Positions 34,904-47,936 of a stretch of 64,000 bases of DNA are shown here, one piece after another. The DNA lies in assembly GCF_009914755.1 (NCBI RefSeq), contig NC_060946.1; one strand, given 5' to 3'. The number at the start of each line of letters is the position of its first letter. Positions within the stretch are counted from its first letter, which is position 1. Position numbers and translations under genes: made by a program. The notes beneath the pieces were generated by a model. It was not told where the DNA came from. It worked only from the letters and a program-made list of their open reading frames with translations, and ran no database searches. Origin of the DNA: the human T2T-CHM13v2.0 reference genome, Homo sapiens.

Positions 34904-35319
34904 CCACCAGAACGACTAAGAAGGAATCCTCTGTTTACAAGGTTTTTTTTTACAAAGCAGTGAGAAAGTGGTGAGCACCTCATTAGAAAATGGACAAAGG
35001 GTATGAGCAGACAATTTACAAAAAGAAGAGGTACAAATGAACAAAATAAAAAAAAAAAGTTTTACCTTACTAATGAATGAAGAGGCACATAGCCGACACG
35101 GAGACCACTGTTCTCTTGTTGAATGAGCAGTGGTGTGTGGTGTTGACACTGCTGGTGGGATATGAACCACGGCTCTTCAGCAGTGTGGACCAGTGGCCTT
35201 TTTAATGTGTGCTTTATGTCCCAAGCTTTCCATTTCTAGGAGTTTATCCCCAAGAGGTTATCATAGTTGTGTGCAAATATTTGTCTCCAAATATCTTTAT
35301 TACTTTTTTTGTAATCACT

Positions 35320-35680
35320 ATATTATTTTATTTTTTAGAGACAGGGTCTTACTCTGTAACCCAGATTGGAGTGCAGTGGTGCATTCTTGGCTCACTGCAA
35401 CCTCCACCTCCCAGGCTCAAGCGATCATCCGGCCATTTTTTTGTAATCACTTATTTTATTTTTTTGAGACAGGGTCTCACTGTGTAACCCAGGTTGGAGT
35501 TCAGTGGTGCAATCTTGGCTCACTGCAACCTCAGCCTCCCAAGTAGCTGGGACCACAGGCTTATGTCACCACGCCCAGCCAATTTTTTTGTATTTTTTTG
35601 TGCAGACGTGGTTTCGCCATGTTGCCCAGGCTGGTCCTAAACTCCTGAGCTCAAGCGATCCGCCCACCTCGGCCTCCCAA
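35320..35680 (-). mobile_element. AluJ-like SINE with duplicated 3' end
   Basis: Two copies of tail plus right-arm start. Confidence 0.85.
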
Positions 35681-36163
35681 CATTGCCAGTATTGCCTTCA
35701 ACAAACAGAGATTCGTTTATTTCCTGTGTCTGGTAGTCTGTGGTGAGCAGCGCAGGGTTGGGCAGCAGCTCAAAGCTGTCACAGCCCCATGCTGTTTCCT
35801 GCCTGTCTGCCCTGCTGCCCTTCATGGTGGCATCTTCACTCACGCACGATGGCTGAGGCCTCACCTCTGTGTTCCAGGTGGAAAAAAGGGAAAGAAGCTG
35901 GGGGCCAAAGGGGTGCTAGCTAAGCCTGTTTTTTTTTTTTTTTTCCAGAAAAGTAAAAACCAGCATTTATTTCTTGCCGGCTATGAAAAATAAATGTGTG
36001 TCACAGGGCCAGCCGTGGCTGACGTCAGCCAAAGGAGCAAAGGCTTCTGGGTAGAGGTTGATGAGTCAACCAACAGTGTCTGCCACGTGGGGTATTTCAT
36101 TTCCATCAGTTTTCCAAATTTACTCTGATGCATGTAAGACTTTTATAGTAAAACTGTTAAGTC

Positions 36164-36456
36164 TTTTTCTTTTTGAGATGGAGTCTTGCTCTGTCACCCA
36201 GGCTGCAGTGCAGTGGCACGATCTCGGCTGACTGCAACCTCCGCCTCCAGGGTTCAAGCCATTCTTCTGCCTCAGCCTTCCCGGTAGCTAGGATTACAGG
36301 CATGTACCACCATGCCCAGCTAATTTTTGTATTTTTAGTAGAGACAGGGTTTCACCATGTTTGCCAGGCTGGTCTCCAACTCCTGACTTCAGGTGATCCG
36401 CCCGCCTTGGCCTCCCAAAGTGCTGGGATTACAGGCGTGAGCTACCGTGCCAAGCC
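36164..36456 (-). mobile_element. AluS SINE
   Basis: Full dimer. Confidence 0.93.
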
Positions 36457-36915
36457 TGTTCAATCTTTTAAAAAATTATATTTATCTTTTGCAATTCTGC
36501 ATTCAATTTCAGACAAAATGATGGCAGGTGAGAATTCCCAGGTGGGCGTTTCTTCGAGTTTTTAGTCTGTGGGCAGAGGCCTCAGTTCCTTCATTGCACT
36601 CCCAGACACCCTCATCACCGTGTAGATGCCCGAGGGTCTGTGGTGGTGCTTGTCGGGCTGAGGTCCATTCTCAGGGATGGGCTGAATGCCCTGCTTGTGT
36701 GGGGTGTGGGGTGTGGGCTTGTATGGTGCCACTCATCCCTTCTGAACTGGGCCCTCAGGACCCCGGGTGGCTGCAGGGGGGCCTGCGACAGCCCATGAGG
36801 AGCTGCTTCCTTCAGTCCTGTGGGTTCCTGGGAGCCCACCTTTCGGCTGAGCTGGTGGAGGGCTCTTGGGAAGGCAGGAGAGAGGCTCACTGGTTTTCCT
36901 TTTCTTTTCCATCAG

Positions 36916-36972
36916 CATCCAGCACGTGTATGGTGCCCAGCACCCCCCCTTTGATCCACTGTTACATGGCAC
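36916..36972 (+). CDS. TBC1D22A: TBC1D22A coding exon 2 (57 nt; SIQHVYGAQHPPFDPLLHGT)
   Basis: Pyrimidine tract + atcag| acceptor, donor AC|gtaagt, in-frame link between exons 1 and 3. Confidence 0.96.
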
Positions 36973-37896
36973 GTAAGTGACGTTCCAACCTCACTTGGCG
37001 TCTCGGCTCTGATATGGGAGGGCTGTGGCAACCCCGGTCTTCCTGCTTCCTTCCTGCTCCCAGGCATTCCTCAGGGAGGAGACTGGTTTCTCATTCAGCC
37101 ACACTGATCAAGCAGTCGCTTTGTGTGAGATACTGTGCACCCCGTGCTGCGCATCCCGGTGAAGACGGCGGATGTGGGAGCCACAGCCTGATGTGGGGAG
37201 GTGGGGGAGCCCTGGGGAGAGCCAGGAGCTGGCATCCTTTAGCCATGGGCAGCCTGGCTGCAGGCCATCCATGCTGGCTTGTCCTTTCCCCTCCTCCTTC
37301 CCGCATTCTCCACCAGCTGCTGGAGCCCGGCCCTGGCCTGTCCTGGCCCCTCCACAGCAGGCGGGAGCGCAGAGTGTGGGGCTTGTGCTGGGCTGTTGTG
37401 ACCCTGCAGGACTGCACCTGTCTGACAAGTTTCTCACGTGAGGTGGGGCCGATGTTGTGTGTTGTCCTATTTTGGGGGAATCTTGTTTAAATGATCATGT
37501 CTTCAAATCCATATACCACAGGCCTGCACCCTGCACAGGCGCTCCTGGCCCACACCCCTCACTGCTGGGCAGGAGCCTTACTGGGATTCGGGGAAGGTGC
37601 CCCAGGCACTGGCCAGAGTGAGCTGGGGTGGTCCTGCAGGGTATCACCATGTGGCCCTGCGCCTCCTCCCAGGTGACCTTCCTGGAGCCCCCTCCCCCTC
37701 CTGCCACTGAGTCCTCATGGGCTTCGCCTGCTCTTCTTTTGGCTGTCTCTGTGAATTGTGTTTGCTTTTTCACTCACTATTGCTAGATCAAAGCTGAACA
37801 CTTCTATGCCTGTCTTTTCACCTGGGAATTCTTTCCTGGCTGGTTTTGGGTGAAGCCTTCGAGCATGTACGAGTAAAGACTGCCTTTGCATTGCAG

Positions 37897-38237
37897 TTTG
37901 CTCAGGTCCACGGCCAAGATGCCGACCACACCAGTGAAGGCCAAGAGGGTCAGCACCTTCCAGGAGTTTGAGAGCAATACCAGCGATGCCTGGGACGCTG
38001 GGGAGGACGACGATGAGCTCCTGGCCATGGCGGCGGAGAGCCTGAACTCCGAGGTGGTCATGGAGACGGCCAACCGTGTGCTGCGTAACCACAGCCAGCG
38101 GCAGGGGCGGCCCACGCTGCAGGAGGGGCCAGGGCTTCAGCAGAAGCCCAGGCCCGAGGCAGAGCCGCCCTCACCCCCCAGCGGCGACCTCCGGCTGGTG
38201 AAGTCGGTCAGTGAGAGCCACACGTCCTGTCCTGCAG
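37897..38237 (+). CDS. TBC1D22A: TBC1D22A coding exon 3 (341 nt; LLRSTAKMPTTP...SHTSCPA)
   Basis: Acceptor ttgcag|, donor G|gtacga; lies in ORF 37886-38446; peptide recognised. Confidence 0.97.
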
Positions 38238-38435
38238 GTACGATGGGAGGACTGAAGAGATGGTCTGGGTTTCTGGCCAAGCTAAGAAAGTGGCCAGAAC
38301 ACACTCACTGTGGGAGAATCAGTGGGTTCCCATCCTCATTTGCAGCAGGCCCCCTGGCCCACGAGAGCCCTTATGGTTCTCTTCCAAGGGTAGGGGAGTG
38401 GCCTGCGCTCTTTCCTAGGGCCCCCAAGTGCTTTC

Positions 38436-38525
38436 TTCTGTCCTAGCTACGTGCGTGTCTCCTCCTAGTGGAGTGGAGGCTTCTGGCCTAGCTACGTGCA
38501 TGTCTTCTCCGAGTGGAGTGGAGGC
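38436..38525. repeat. 45 bp tandem duplication
   Basis: Two near-identical copies of ttctg.cctagctacgtgc...agtggagtggaggc. Confidence 0.9.
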
Positions 38526-41500
38526 ACCAGGCTGTTGTGGGCTGGCCGTGAGAGGGCCACGGGGGAGCAAGCGCCTGGGGACACTGTCTCCCTCCTAACT
38601 CCACCAGCTTGTGATGGTTCCATGGGTGACATTGCCAGCCGAGGGGTCAGGCCTCTGCATGTTTAGGGGCTGGCCCTCTAGGCAGCTTACAGGATTCCTG
38701 CCAGGTGTGCGTACACGTGGGCTCAGGTCTGTAGGGGCTGGGAGTCTGACTTTTGGGTCGGCCACGTTTGCACTCTGACCCCCTCGGGTGGGGTCGTGTC
38801 TGGTGCCATGTGCATGGCACTGGTGTGCAGCAGCTGTTCTTGAGGCTGTTTCTGTGGCTGCTGCTCTTTATGTGTTGCAGGCCATCACGTCTGTGATGGA
38901 AAAGCTGCATGGTTGTGCGATGAACCCACTGTGGGCCGCGGGTACTGTTTTCAGAGCTTGGGAGACCCCACTGGACAGACTGAGGTACATCTGTGCCCTG
39001 CGGCAAGTCCATTCTGGTGAGGGACAGATGCAGCACTGCCCACAGTCAGCAAGGGGGCACAGAGCGTGCTGGGAGGCAGCAGGTGCCACGGTCAAGAGAG
39101 GCAGAGAATGGGGTGGGAACGCGGTGGCCCTGAGAGCAGTGGGGAGCAGGTGTCATCTGAAACGGGGAGGTCAGGGTGTCTTCGTGTCAGTGGTGCTGTT
39201 GGGAGGCAGGGGGTGAGGGGCAGGGGCGAAGGCCAGCTGGATTGGCCACTGGCCCTCATAGGTACCTCCCTCCAAGGTCTTCTGGGGGCTAGGGTGCTCT
39301 CCCCACATTTCCAGCTGAGAAGATGGAGATTGTTAGGGTGGCCTGATTTTACCCTGGAGAACTAGGTTTCATACCTAGGTCTAGTTTTTAAAACCACTTT
39401 CTAGGAATTGGTTAACTTCTAAAATGTTACAGCTCTCATTAGTTGAGAATGCTGTGCGTGATTTCATTTGATCAGTTTTCTTTTTGGAGTGTAATAAATT
39501 TTAAAGTCTTTGAACTCGTAACTGGAAATCTGGTGATGGCCTTTGCGGGAGGCTTGGAAACCTGGTGACTGACTGAAGCATGCACTGACCGCCTTCTGCA
39601 GGCCCAGTCCTGGGCAGCGCCCTTCAGCCTGTGGCAGTCGGAGTTGGCAGGATCCCTGGCTTCATCTGCTCATGGGTGGTGCTGACATTGAAGCTCTGTG
39701 AGCCTCTCAGCACCGTGCCCCCTACCCCCAAGATGCAGGGCACTGTCAGGCTGAGAGTGGCCAGGACCGCAGGACCACACGGTGTGTGGCTGGGGGATCT
39801 GACAAGAGGCAGGCTCAGGCTGTGACCAGCTGGGGTCGGGGAGCTGTGAGATGTCACCCTGGGATGTCACCCTGGGATGGCCTCATCCTGGAAGAGCCAA
39901 GCAAAGGATGCTGCAGGCAGCTTGCGCTGGGAGAAGGGGGCCCATGACCTCATTGCCTTGTGCTCCCACTTGCCTGCCTTGGAGTTGGCCACCTTTCCTG
40001 TGTTTGCTTTCTGGGCAAGCTTTTTTTGAGTACTTCAGTATAGTGACAATGATACCATATATTGATCATTTACTGTGTGGCAGGTACAGTATCAAGTCCC
40101 TGTGATACTAAACTCATTAAGCTTTGCAGCAGCACTAGGACATGGACTTATGGGCTCTGCTCAGGAGTGAGCGGCCCCTTACGTGTCCTGATGAAGCCAC
40201 ATCAGTCATTTCTGAAGATCACAGGGAAGTCCAGCTGAGCACCTTTAATTCTGGGACTCAGTGCACAGCTGCTCTTCCTGCTGAATATTCACTCTGAGGA
40301 ACTGTAAGTGCTGCTGAAGCAGGAGCCTCTGAAGGAGGGAGAGGGGGCACTGTCACCCATGGTCCTCCCCTCTGCTCAGGTGCTGGTTCTCAGCCCTGTC
40401 TGCAGTAAGGCCTGCAGCGGAAACTCTGGAGCCAGACGCCCCGGGCTGGAGCCCCAGCCCACTGCTTGGTGTGCGGCTGCTACAAAATAGGAATCACTGC
40501 AAGGGCACTGAGGCTGGTGGGAGGAGATCCTCCTGGGGGTTGGGGGGAGTCAGGGAGAGTGGGCAGCGGGGATGGGGGAGGAGACAGGGCGGTACTCTGA
40601 AGTCTATGTCCCCACTTTAGCAGACTTTTCTGGAAATTTAACTGGGCCACATTCTGCCCAGAGGCCATAGGTTGCCTGGCTCCTGGATAGCCTGAGGGTT
40701 TCTGTGTGAATTATTTTCCCCCACTCCCAGGTTATAAGGGAAATGGGGGTGCTCTGTGGGAAGGAGGGCGCGGGGGAGTGCGGCTCCTACCTCCTTGCTC
40801 AGCGGCTGCTGGAGTGGATGTCGGCCCGTCAGCTGCAGCGTTTGCTTCGGCTCCATTTCCTGGAGTTTATTTTTCACTCTACTTTAATTTTCAGTTTTTG
40901 AAAAATGAGATAGCTAGACAGGATTTAGACCCAGGAGTTTGGAGCCTTTCCCAGCCTCTTGCTTGTTGGTCTCGGATGGCAGTGTTGAGTGATCTGAGGG
41001 CCTTAGGGTCTTCCCTTGGGCTGACCCGGTCCCGGGTTGCTGGGTGGAACGTGCTGTCTCACCACCTGCTTGGATCCCCGTGGGCCTGTCCATCTTGGGG
41101 GTCAGTGGGGCCATGGTGGGCAGCAGCAGAGGGCGGGAGGGAGGGCGGGTAGCTTGTACTCTAGTGCCACTGCGGTCACTGCCTGTGGTGGGGTCTGGGA
41201 AGGTGCCATCCCTCACCTGTCTGGCTTCCTTTGTTTCCTTGGGATGAGGGTCCCTGTGGGACCTTCCTCCCAGGGCACTGGTGAGACCCAGGAGGGCCAG
41301 GCAGGTGGCGGGGTTGGGCACGCTCTTGAGATGGCAGGTGAGAGCCCTCGCAGCGCCCTGGTTCCTGCTGTGTCCCCACTGTTGCCTTCTGTCCTCAGCA
41401 CCTCTGCAGGCTTTCTCCTTTCCCTCATGGTAACTCACGGGCTTGCCCTCCGCACTCAGGCCTGGCTGACCCGAGGGCACCGTCCTACACAGACCCTCTG

Positions 41501-41837
41501 GGTCATGTCACCTGGGCAGGCCCTGATCTGCCACCCCAGGCACTGGTGGGAGCCTGACCTCCACACAGCCCGAGGGGCCCTGGAGTTTTCTGGCTGTCAT
41601 TGTGTTGCTTTTATGCAAGGTGGTCCATTTTGTTGGTGAATAATACTCTGCCAGTGAAGCGAGTGAATTTCAAAGGTGTCAGTTCCATGTTATTGCTCAA
41701 GAAACCAAGGTCCCCACTGCTGAGTGATGGGAAGAAGGGACCCATCAGCATTCACAAAGGGACAGTGGCACAGCAAGGAGGAACGTGTAGTCGGGAGGAG
41801 CGCCCTCACCCTCACCCCCATTCTCTCACCCCTGCAG

Positions 41838-42014
41838 AAAGTGCCAGCGATGCCGCCCCTCTGCAGAGGTCCCAGTCTCTCCCACACTCGGCCACCGTCA
41901 CGCTGGGTGGCACATCTGACCCCAGCACTCTCAGCAGCTCAGCGCTGAGCGAAAGAGAGGCCTCCCGGCTCGACAAGTTCAAGCAGCTGCTTGCCGGCCC
42001 CAACACGGACCTTG
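41838..42014 (+). CDS. TBC1D22A: TBC1D22A coding exon 4 (177 nt; ESASDAAPLQRSQSLP...LAGPNTDL)
   Basis: Acceptor cctgcag|, donor G|gtaagc; in ORF 41600-42067; phase matches exon 3. Confidence 0.97.
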
Positions 42015-42258
42015 GTAAGCACCCTGCCCTCTGGAGGACACACACAGACATTTCTTGCTGTTTCTGAAATAGATCACATCTTAAAGGATTCTATGTATGC
42101 TTATGTAATGCACACGCGTCCGTGTGTAATTTGCCTTGCAGGAAGGTGATGTTTTCATGTAATATTTTCAAGTCAGTCACTAAGGTAGTAGCAATTTGTG
42201 CTTTAGACAAGTTTTGTTAATGTTTTTCCCATGCAATTTGAAAATGTATTTTGCGTTC

Positions 42259-42568
<310 letters not shown>

Positions 42569-43589
42569 CCATTCTGTTTTCCTGTTGTCCCATTTGCACT
42601 CTTTATTATTGCTGCCCTTGGTGAGCCCTTCGAGGCTGGCCAGGTGGACATCCTTGTTCTTGACAGTATTCTGAAGACAGTGGCTCATGGGGGCACAGCG
42701 CTGGTGACCATCAACTCAATCTGCTGGTTTTGTACTTTCCTACCATGGGGCTTGCAGTCATCAGAGGGTGACAGGCTGTGAGCCCTGCAAGGGGGCAGGG
42801 GTGAGGCTGGGGCAGAGGGGCAGGCCCACAGGGCAGAGCACAGTCACCAGTGTGACTCTTCCTGCGCGAGTTGCTTCCAGGCACACGCAGTGCCCATGTG
42901 GACTGCCGTGGCCAGGCTCTGTGGAACGCACTTGCTTTCAGTTCCTCTGGTGGAATTCCTGCTGAATCCACGTCCTTCCTTTCCCTATCTCATCTTTGTG
43001 GAGTGCCACTCTGGCTAGGTGTTTGCTAGACGCTGGAGCTCTCGGGAGGACCGGAATGTGGCCTTGGTCATGAGATTGCTTCATTGAGGGGACAAACCTG
43101 TATCACACAGTTATGACTGGTGTCACTGTGGCACTCTAAGAGCCAGAGGTGCAACGCCTGGCTTGGCCAGGAGGTGGCGAGTGGCGCACGCGGATGGGCC
43201 GCCAGGAGCCACGCAGGAGCCATGCAGGGGCCATATAGGAGCTTGCAGCAGCCGGGCCTTCACGCTCAAGCCCAGGGCAGGGAGAGGGTTTCCGGGCAGA
43301 AGCAGCGGTTCAAAGGGCATGGCTGAAGCTGTGTTCTCGAGGCGGGGGAGGGCTCTTGGAAGGTCTCCTGGCTAGAAGGACACAGCTCTGAGTAGAGTTC
43401 TCAGAGTGGGTGGTTGTTTCTTCCTTATGTTTGTTTTTTTTTTGAAACAGCAACACTTGCATGTGTTATAACATGACACAGCACAGCAGGGTGTATGTGA
43501 AAATGAGGCCTGTCCCAGCCCCCACCTTCCCTTCCTTTCCACAGCTCCAGGTGTCTCCTTCCAGCGATGGCCCATGCATCTGTTGTTTT

Positions 43590-44360
43590 AAACGTTTCGT
43601 GTTGATGCAATTCAAACTTGCAGAACAGTTGGCATGAATAGTGCCAACAACTCCCATATGCTCTGTACCCAGAATCACCAATTGTTTACGTTTGCCCATT
43701 ACCATTCTGCATGTGTGTGCCTGTTTTTGTGTGTATATATACATTTTTTTCCTGAACCATTTGAGAGTCAGCTGGAGATATATCCCTTTACCTCTGAAAC
43801 CTTCGCTGCATATTTCCTAAGCACAAAGACATTCCCTCAGTATCATCACAGCACAGGGGTCACAATCAGGAAATTTAACGTTGACACAGTACTATTTTAA
43901 CACTTGTATTATTTTCATCCACAGTCCATAGTCACATTCTGCCAGTTGTCCCAGTAATGTCCTTTCCCTCTTTTTTCTTAGTCCAGACTCCAGTGGGGAC
44001 CATGCGTTCCATTTGGATGTCACGCCTCTGTCTTCTCCACTAACCTGGCGCAGCAGCTTTGCCGGTCTCTGCATTTCCATCTTGACACTTTAGCAGAGCA
44101 TGGGCCAGTGATTTTGTGGGATGTCCCTTGGTTTGTGCTTGTCTGATGTTTGCCCACAGTGAGATTCTGATTGATAATGTTTGGCAGGAACATCACTGAA
44201 GGGATTCGTGTTCTCCTTGGTCATCACAGCGGGGGCACGTGGTGCTGGTGGGTCCTCACGTTGAAGATGTGGACTCCGATCACTTGGTTGAGGTGGCGTC
44301 TGCCAGCTCTTTCCACTGAAGAGCTCCCCTTTTTCCTTTGGTGATGAAGTGCTCTGTAGA
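43590..44360 (-). mobile_element. Old L1M (L1MB/MC-like) 3' fragment
   Basis: 'ttttcctgaaccatttgagag...caggaaatttaac...gatcacttggttgaggtg'. Confidence 0.7.
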
Positions 44361-47300
44361 GAGATGCTCTGGGGTCTGTGCATTTCTACAGTGTATTTCT
44401 TTGTCCCCTTGCACGGCAAGGCAGTTGTGCACCTCACTTTTTAAGGGAATGATACATTTTCCCATGGCGTACGTGGAGAACCGCCTTAGTCTTTAGAGTG
44501 CCCTGTAACATGCCATCCTATGGATTTCCCCCGACTTGACTGCACCAGCCCCTGCGGTTGGGCAGCGGGTTATTCCTAACTTGCTATTATTACAAACAAC
44601 TTGAGAACGTTTCTTCAGGCGCCTGAACCTCCTTCTGTGATGGTGACACAGAGCATCCCTAGCCATGGGTGAGGCGAGAAGGCAGTGTGGGGGATGGGTC
44701 TGTGAGTTCGCCTAGAGCACCAGGTGTGGAGGTGTCACCCACCAAGACAGGAGATAAAGGTAGATCGTGCTTACGGGAGTCTAGTCTTGTAGTTGACGTA
44801 CCCATCTTGGCCACTTCCTCTTCTAGCATGCCAGTGCCCCTTCTCTGCTGGCTCTCCTGCCTCCAGGGTGGTGTGGAGATGCAGAACCACGTTGCACCTG
44901 GGAGAGTGGGTCCTGGAGCCGGGCTGCCTGTGTGGAGAGCTGGCTCCACTGGTTACTCGCCACGTGACCTTGAGCCAGCTTGGTGATGATCCTGCTCTCA
45001 GAGTTCTTGTTTGCGTGATAGGCATGATGAAAGCGGTGCTCATTTTGCAGTTTAAATGAGATAGTACATATGACATGCTTAACAGAGTGCCTAGCACATA
45101 CTAAACACTCAAAAATGTTAGTTATTTTTATGGTTGTTGTTACGTTCATTTGAACTGGCCTTTTTATCTTCTCACTTGATTTTTGTGCTATTGACGTATA
45201 TGGTCACTTTTGTGGTCATTGACGAGTCAAGGACTTACAGATGTTTTCCTGGTTGTGTCCTGTGGTTTCCAGCAGTAGGCAGGTGGAGGAGAGACAGCTG
45301 GTGAAAGCAAGATTTGCCTGATGGGAACCCTATGCTGGGTCAGGCTCTGAGTACCCACCTGGAGCATTCTGGAGGACTTTGTAATTGAACCAACTTTTGG
45401 AAATTAAAATCACACTTAAAAGTAAAGCTTTCAAGACTTGTAGGAAGATGGGAGTATGTAGGGCTAGATTTTAGCACGTAAAAATCAAGTATTTTGTTAG
45501 GTTGAGGGGACTGTGGGTTTTTTTCTTTCTTTATAATTCTATGTAAATATCAAATCTAAAACCAAAAAGCTAAATGCAGAGCTTTCAAAGTTAAACGATG
45601 ACTGCATTTGTATTTAGTAGCAAGAGAAAACATCGCCAGTAAATTGCCTGTTTTTATAAGGCAGTTAAGATAGCTTTGGAAGACAGTGGAATGTACTTTC
45701 TTCACATTACATGAAAGACGTAAGTGGCAAATATTTGCCAATGTTGGAGAAGCAAATCACTGATGTGAGAAGTGCCTACAGAAATGAGTCTACCTGCTGA
45801 ATATCATTCTGTCCAGCGGAGTGCTGTTTTTCTTTGTTTAGCTTACGCTCTGTTATGAGCCTGGGGATGAAAGTAGCAAATAGAACTTAATAGCTCATTT
45901 TACTCTTAGCATTGGCTCAATATTTACTCACACAAAGACTGCCTGCTTTGAAGCCCCGGAAAATGACACTCAAGTTGGTCACATGTATCTGGTGAATGGT
46001 AGTGCGATTTGGTAACATGTAGAACACGCAGTTTCCTGAGGACCGTCTAGGGCCTGCCTCGCAGCAGTGGGGCCTCGGAGGGCAAACTGTGTGTGGAGCT
46101 CAGCTCTGGCCCTCAAGGCTTTCGAACGGTAGGACAGAAGGCACGACGACCCGTCCGTCAAGGAGTGGGGCCAGGCCACGGCTGTGTTCCACTTCCCCTG
46201 AGGGGTGACCATCCAGTCTAGGCTTTATGAGAGCGTGCTGATAGATGGAGGTCAGCGGGAGAGGGTGTTTTGGGGGTTGGGAGGGCATGAACAGAAGTTT
46301 GGAGCCGTACACCTTGGCAGCACTAATACGAGTAGATGCCCCCTTGGTGTCCGTGGCTCTAGGGCAGCCGTGAAGGGGCCTGGGCCCTTGGTGACAGGAG
46401 GAAGCAGGTGCGGCCTTGGAGTAGGCCCTCAGTGTGATGGCTGGCCGTGTCCTTACTCATGAAGTGGCTCAACCTACCTGTTTCGTCAGCTGTAGAGGGA
46501 GCATGAGACCTGCCCTGCAGGGTCCTCGTGAAGGTCAGTGGGAATTTATGTAAAGTCACTCATCCAGGCTCTGTTGAGCACCTGCTGTGGTTGTAGGCAC
46601 TGGGGAGGAGTCGGCGGCGAGGCTTGCGAGCGCCCTGCCCTCAAGGAGCTGACATTCTCGTGTGAGGAGACAGAGGGAGCTCGCTCAGTACCCCCGCAAC
46701 CATCAGAAGGCAGGAAGCATATAGGGAGAGTCAAGGCATGTGGAGGGTAGAGGCTGGAGCTGCTCTGCAGTTGGCTGTTTCTGGGGCGAGATCTGCACGG
46801 AGTCAGGTATTTGAAGAGGGGGCATGAGCATTCTAGGGACAGGCCCAGAGGTGCAAAGGTCCTGCGGGCAATAGAGCTTCATGTGCTTGAGGGGTTTCTG
46901 AGGCTCTGGCCTGGTGGCTGAGTGGGGTGTGGGGAGAGGCCTGCAAGGCAGGCAGGGACCAGGTCCCCAGGGCTGAGAAGTCCAGGAGAAGGAGCTCTGC
47001 TTTTACTTCGAGCACAGCATGAAGCCTCTGGGAGGTTTTGAACCGGGGGAGTAAAGCGCGGTGCAGAGCATCAGAAAGCGGTTGCTATTCTGTGGAAGGA
47101 AGAGCCGATGACTGCTTCTGAGCAGAGTGTTGCCAGTGGCCATGGACGACGTGGAGTCCTTGGGCAGCTCATGGGAGGGGCTGGAGGAGGGTCAGAGTAG
47201 GGTGGGAGACTAGGGGGCAAGAGTGGAGGCCGTGGGCTGGGGATGTGGGTGGGGTGGGCTGCGTGAGTCGGGGGCTGATGAAATCTGGAGCTGGGTAGAC

Positions 47301-47916
47301 TGGCGAGAAGGCAAGAGCCAGGACCCCCATAGCTTAGAGCCTGGGGTCTGCAGGGATGGGGAACAGCCGATAGACACAGAAATCAGAACACACTCCAGAG
47401 ATGGCATTTCACTGGGGAGACAAAATCACGTCCTCATGAAACAGAGAGCCAGGGAAAGCAGTGTGTTTAAATGCTCCCATGGTTACAGCCACTGGGAGCC
47501 TTCACTCTGTGCTGGGCACTGTGCTGTAGAGACTGTTATCAGCCACCAAAAGACCCCCCTCTGCACCCCCACCCCCTTCCTGCGTGCCCCAGATTGCTGG
47601 CCTTATCGCTGGTTTACAGCTGAAGAGCTCGAGACAAGGTTAAGCAGGCGGCTGCCCTCCAGCCCCACAGTGAGGGCAGAGCTGGCTGGGAACCGGGGTC
47701 ACCCCGGGCTGGGCTCCCAGCCTCCAGGTCACACGTTTCTGGTTAGTGTAGACAGTGGGCATTCTTGGTGCTGTTGGAGGCCTGAGGAAGGGCGGCGGTT
47801 TTCTCTCCTGTGGGCCTTGTTGGAGATCTCGCTTCTGCTGTGGGAGCTGGGGCCCGGCCCCCAGGAGCTGAGGCGGGGAGGGCGCTTGGTTCTTGCGACC
47901 CGGCCGTCAGCGTTCA

Positions 47917-47936
47917 GCGTCGCCCTCTAGTGGCCA
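47917..47936 (-). promoter_or_regulatory. CTCF-binding motif
   Basis: Minus strand TGGCCACTAGAGGGCGAC matches the CTCF core; local CpG enrichment. Confidence 0.7.

Noticed and set aside
39850-39879. Short tandem duplications (gatgtcaccctgg x2; also gggtcattccctctgatt x2 at ~61284-61333)
   Set aside because: Ordinary small duplications with no functional cue
47223-47930. 235 aa plus-strand ORF in intron 4
   Set aside because: Non-ATG start, no recognisable domain; expected by chance in GC-rich intron
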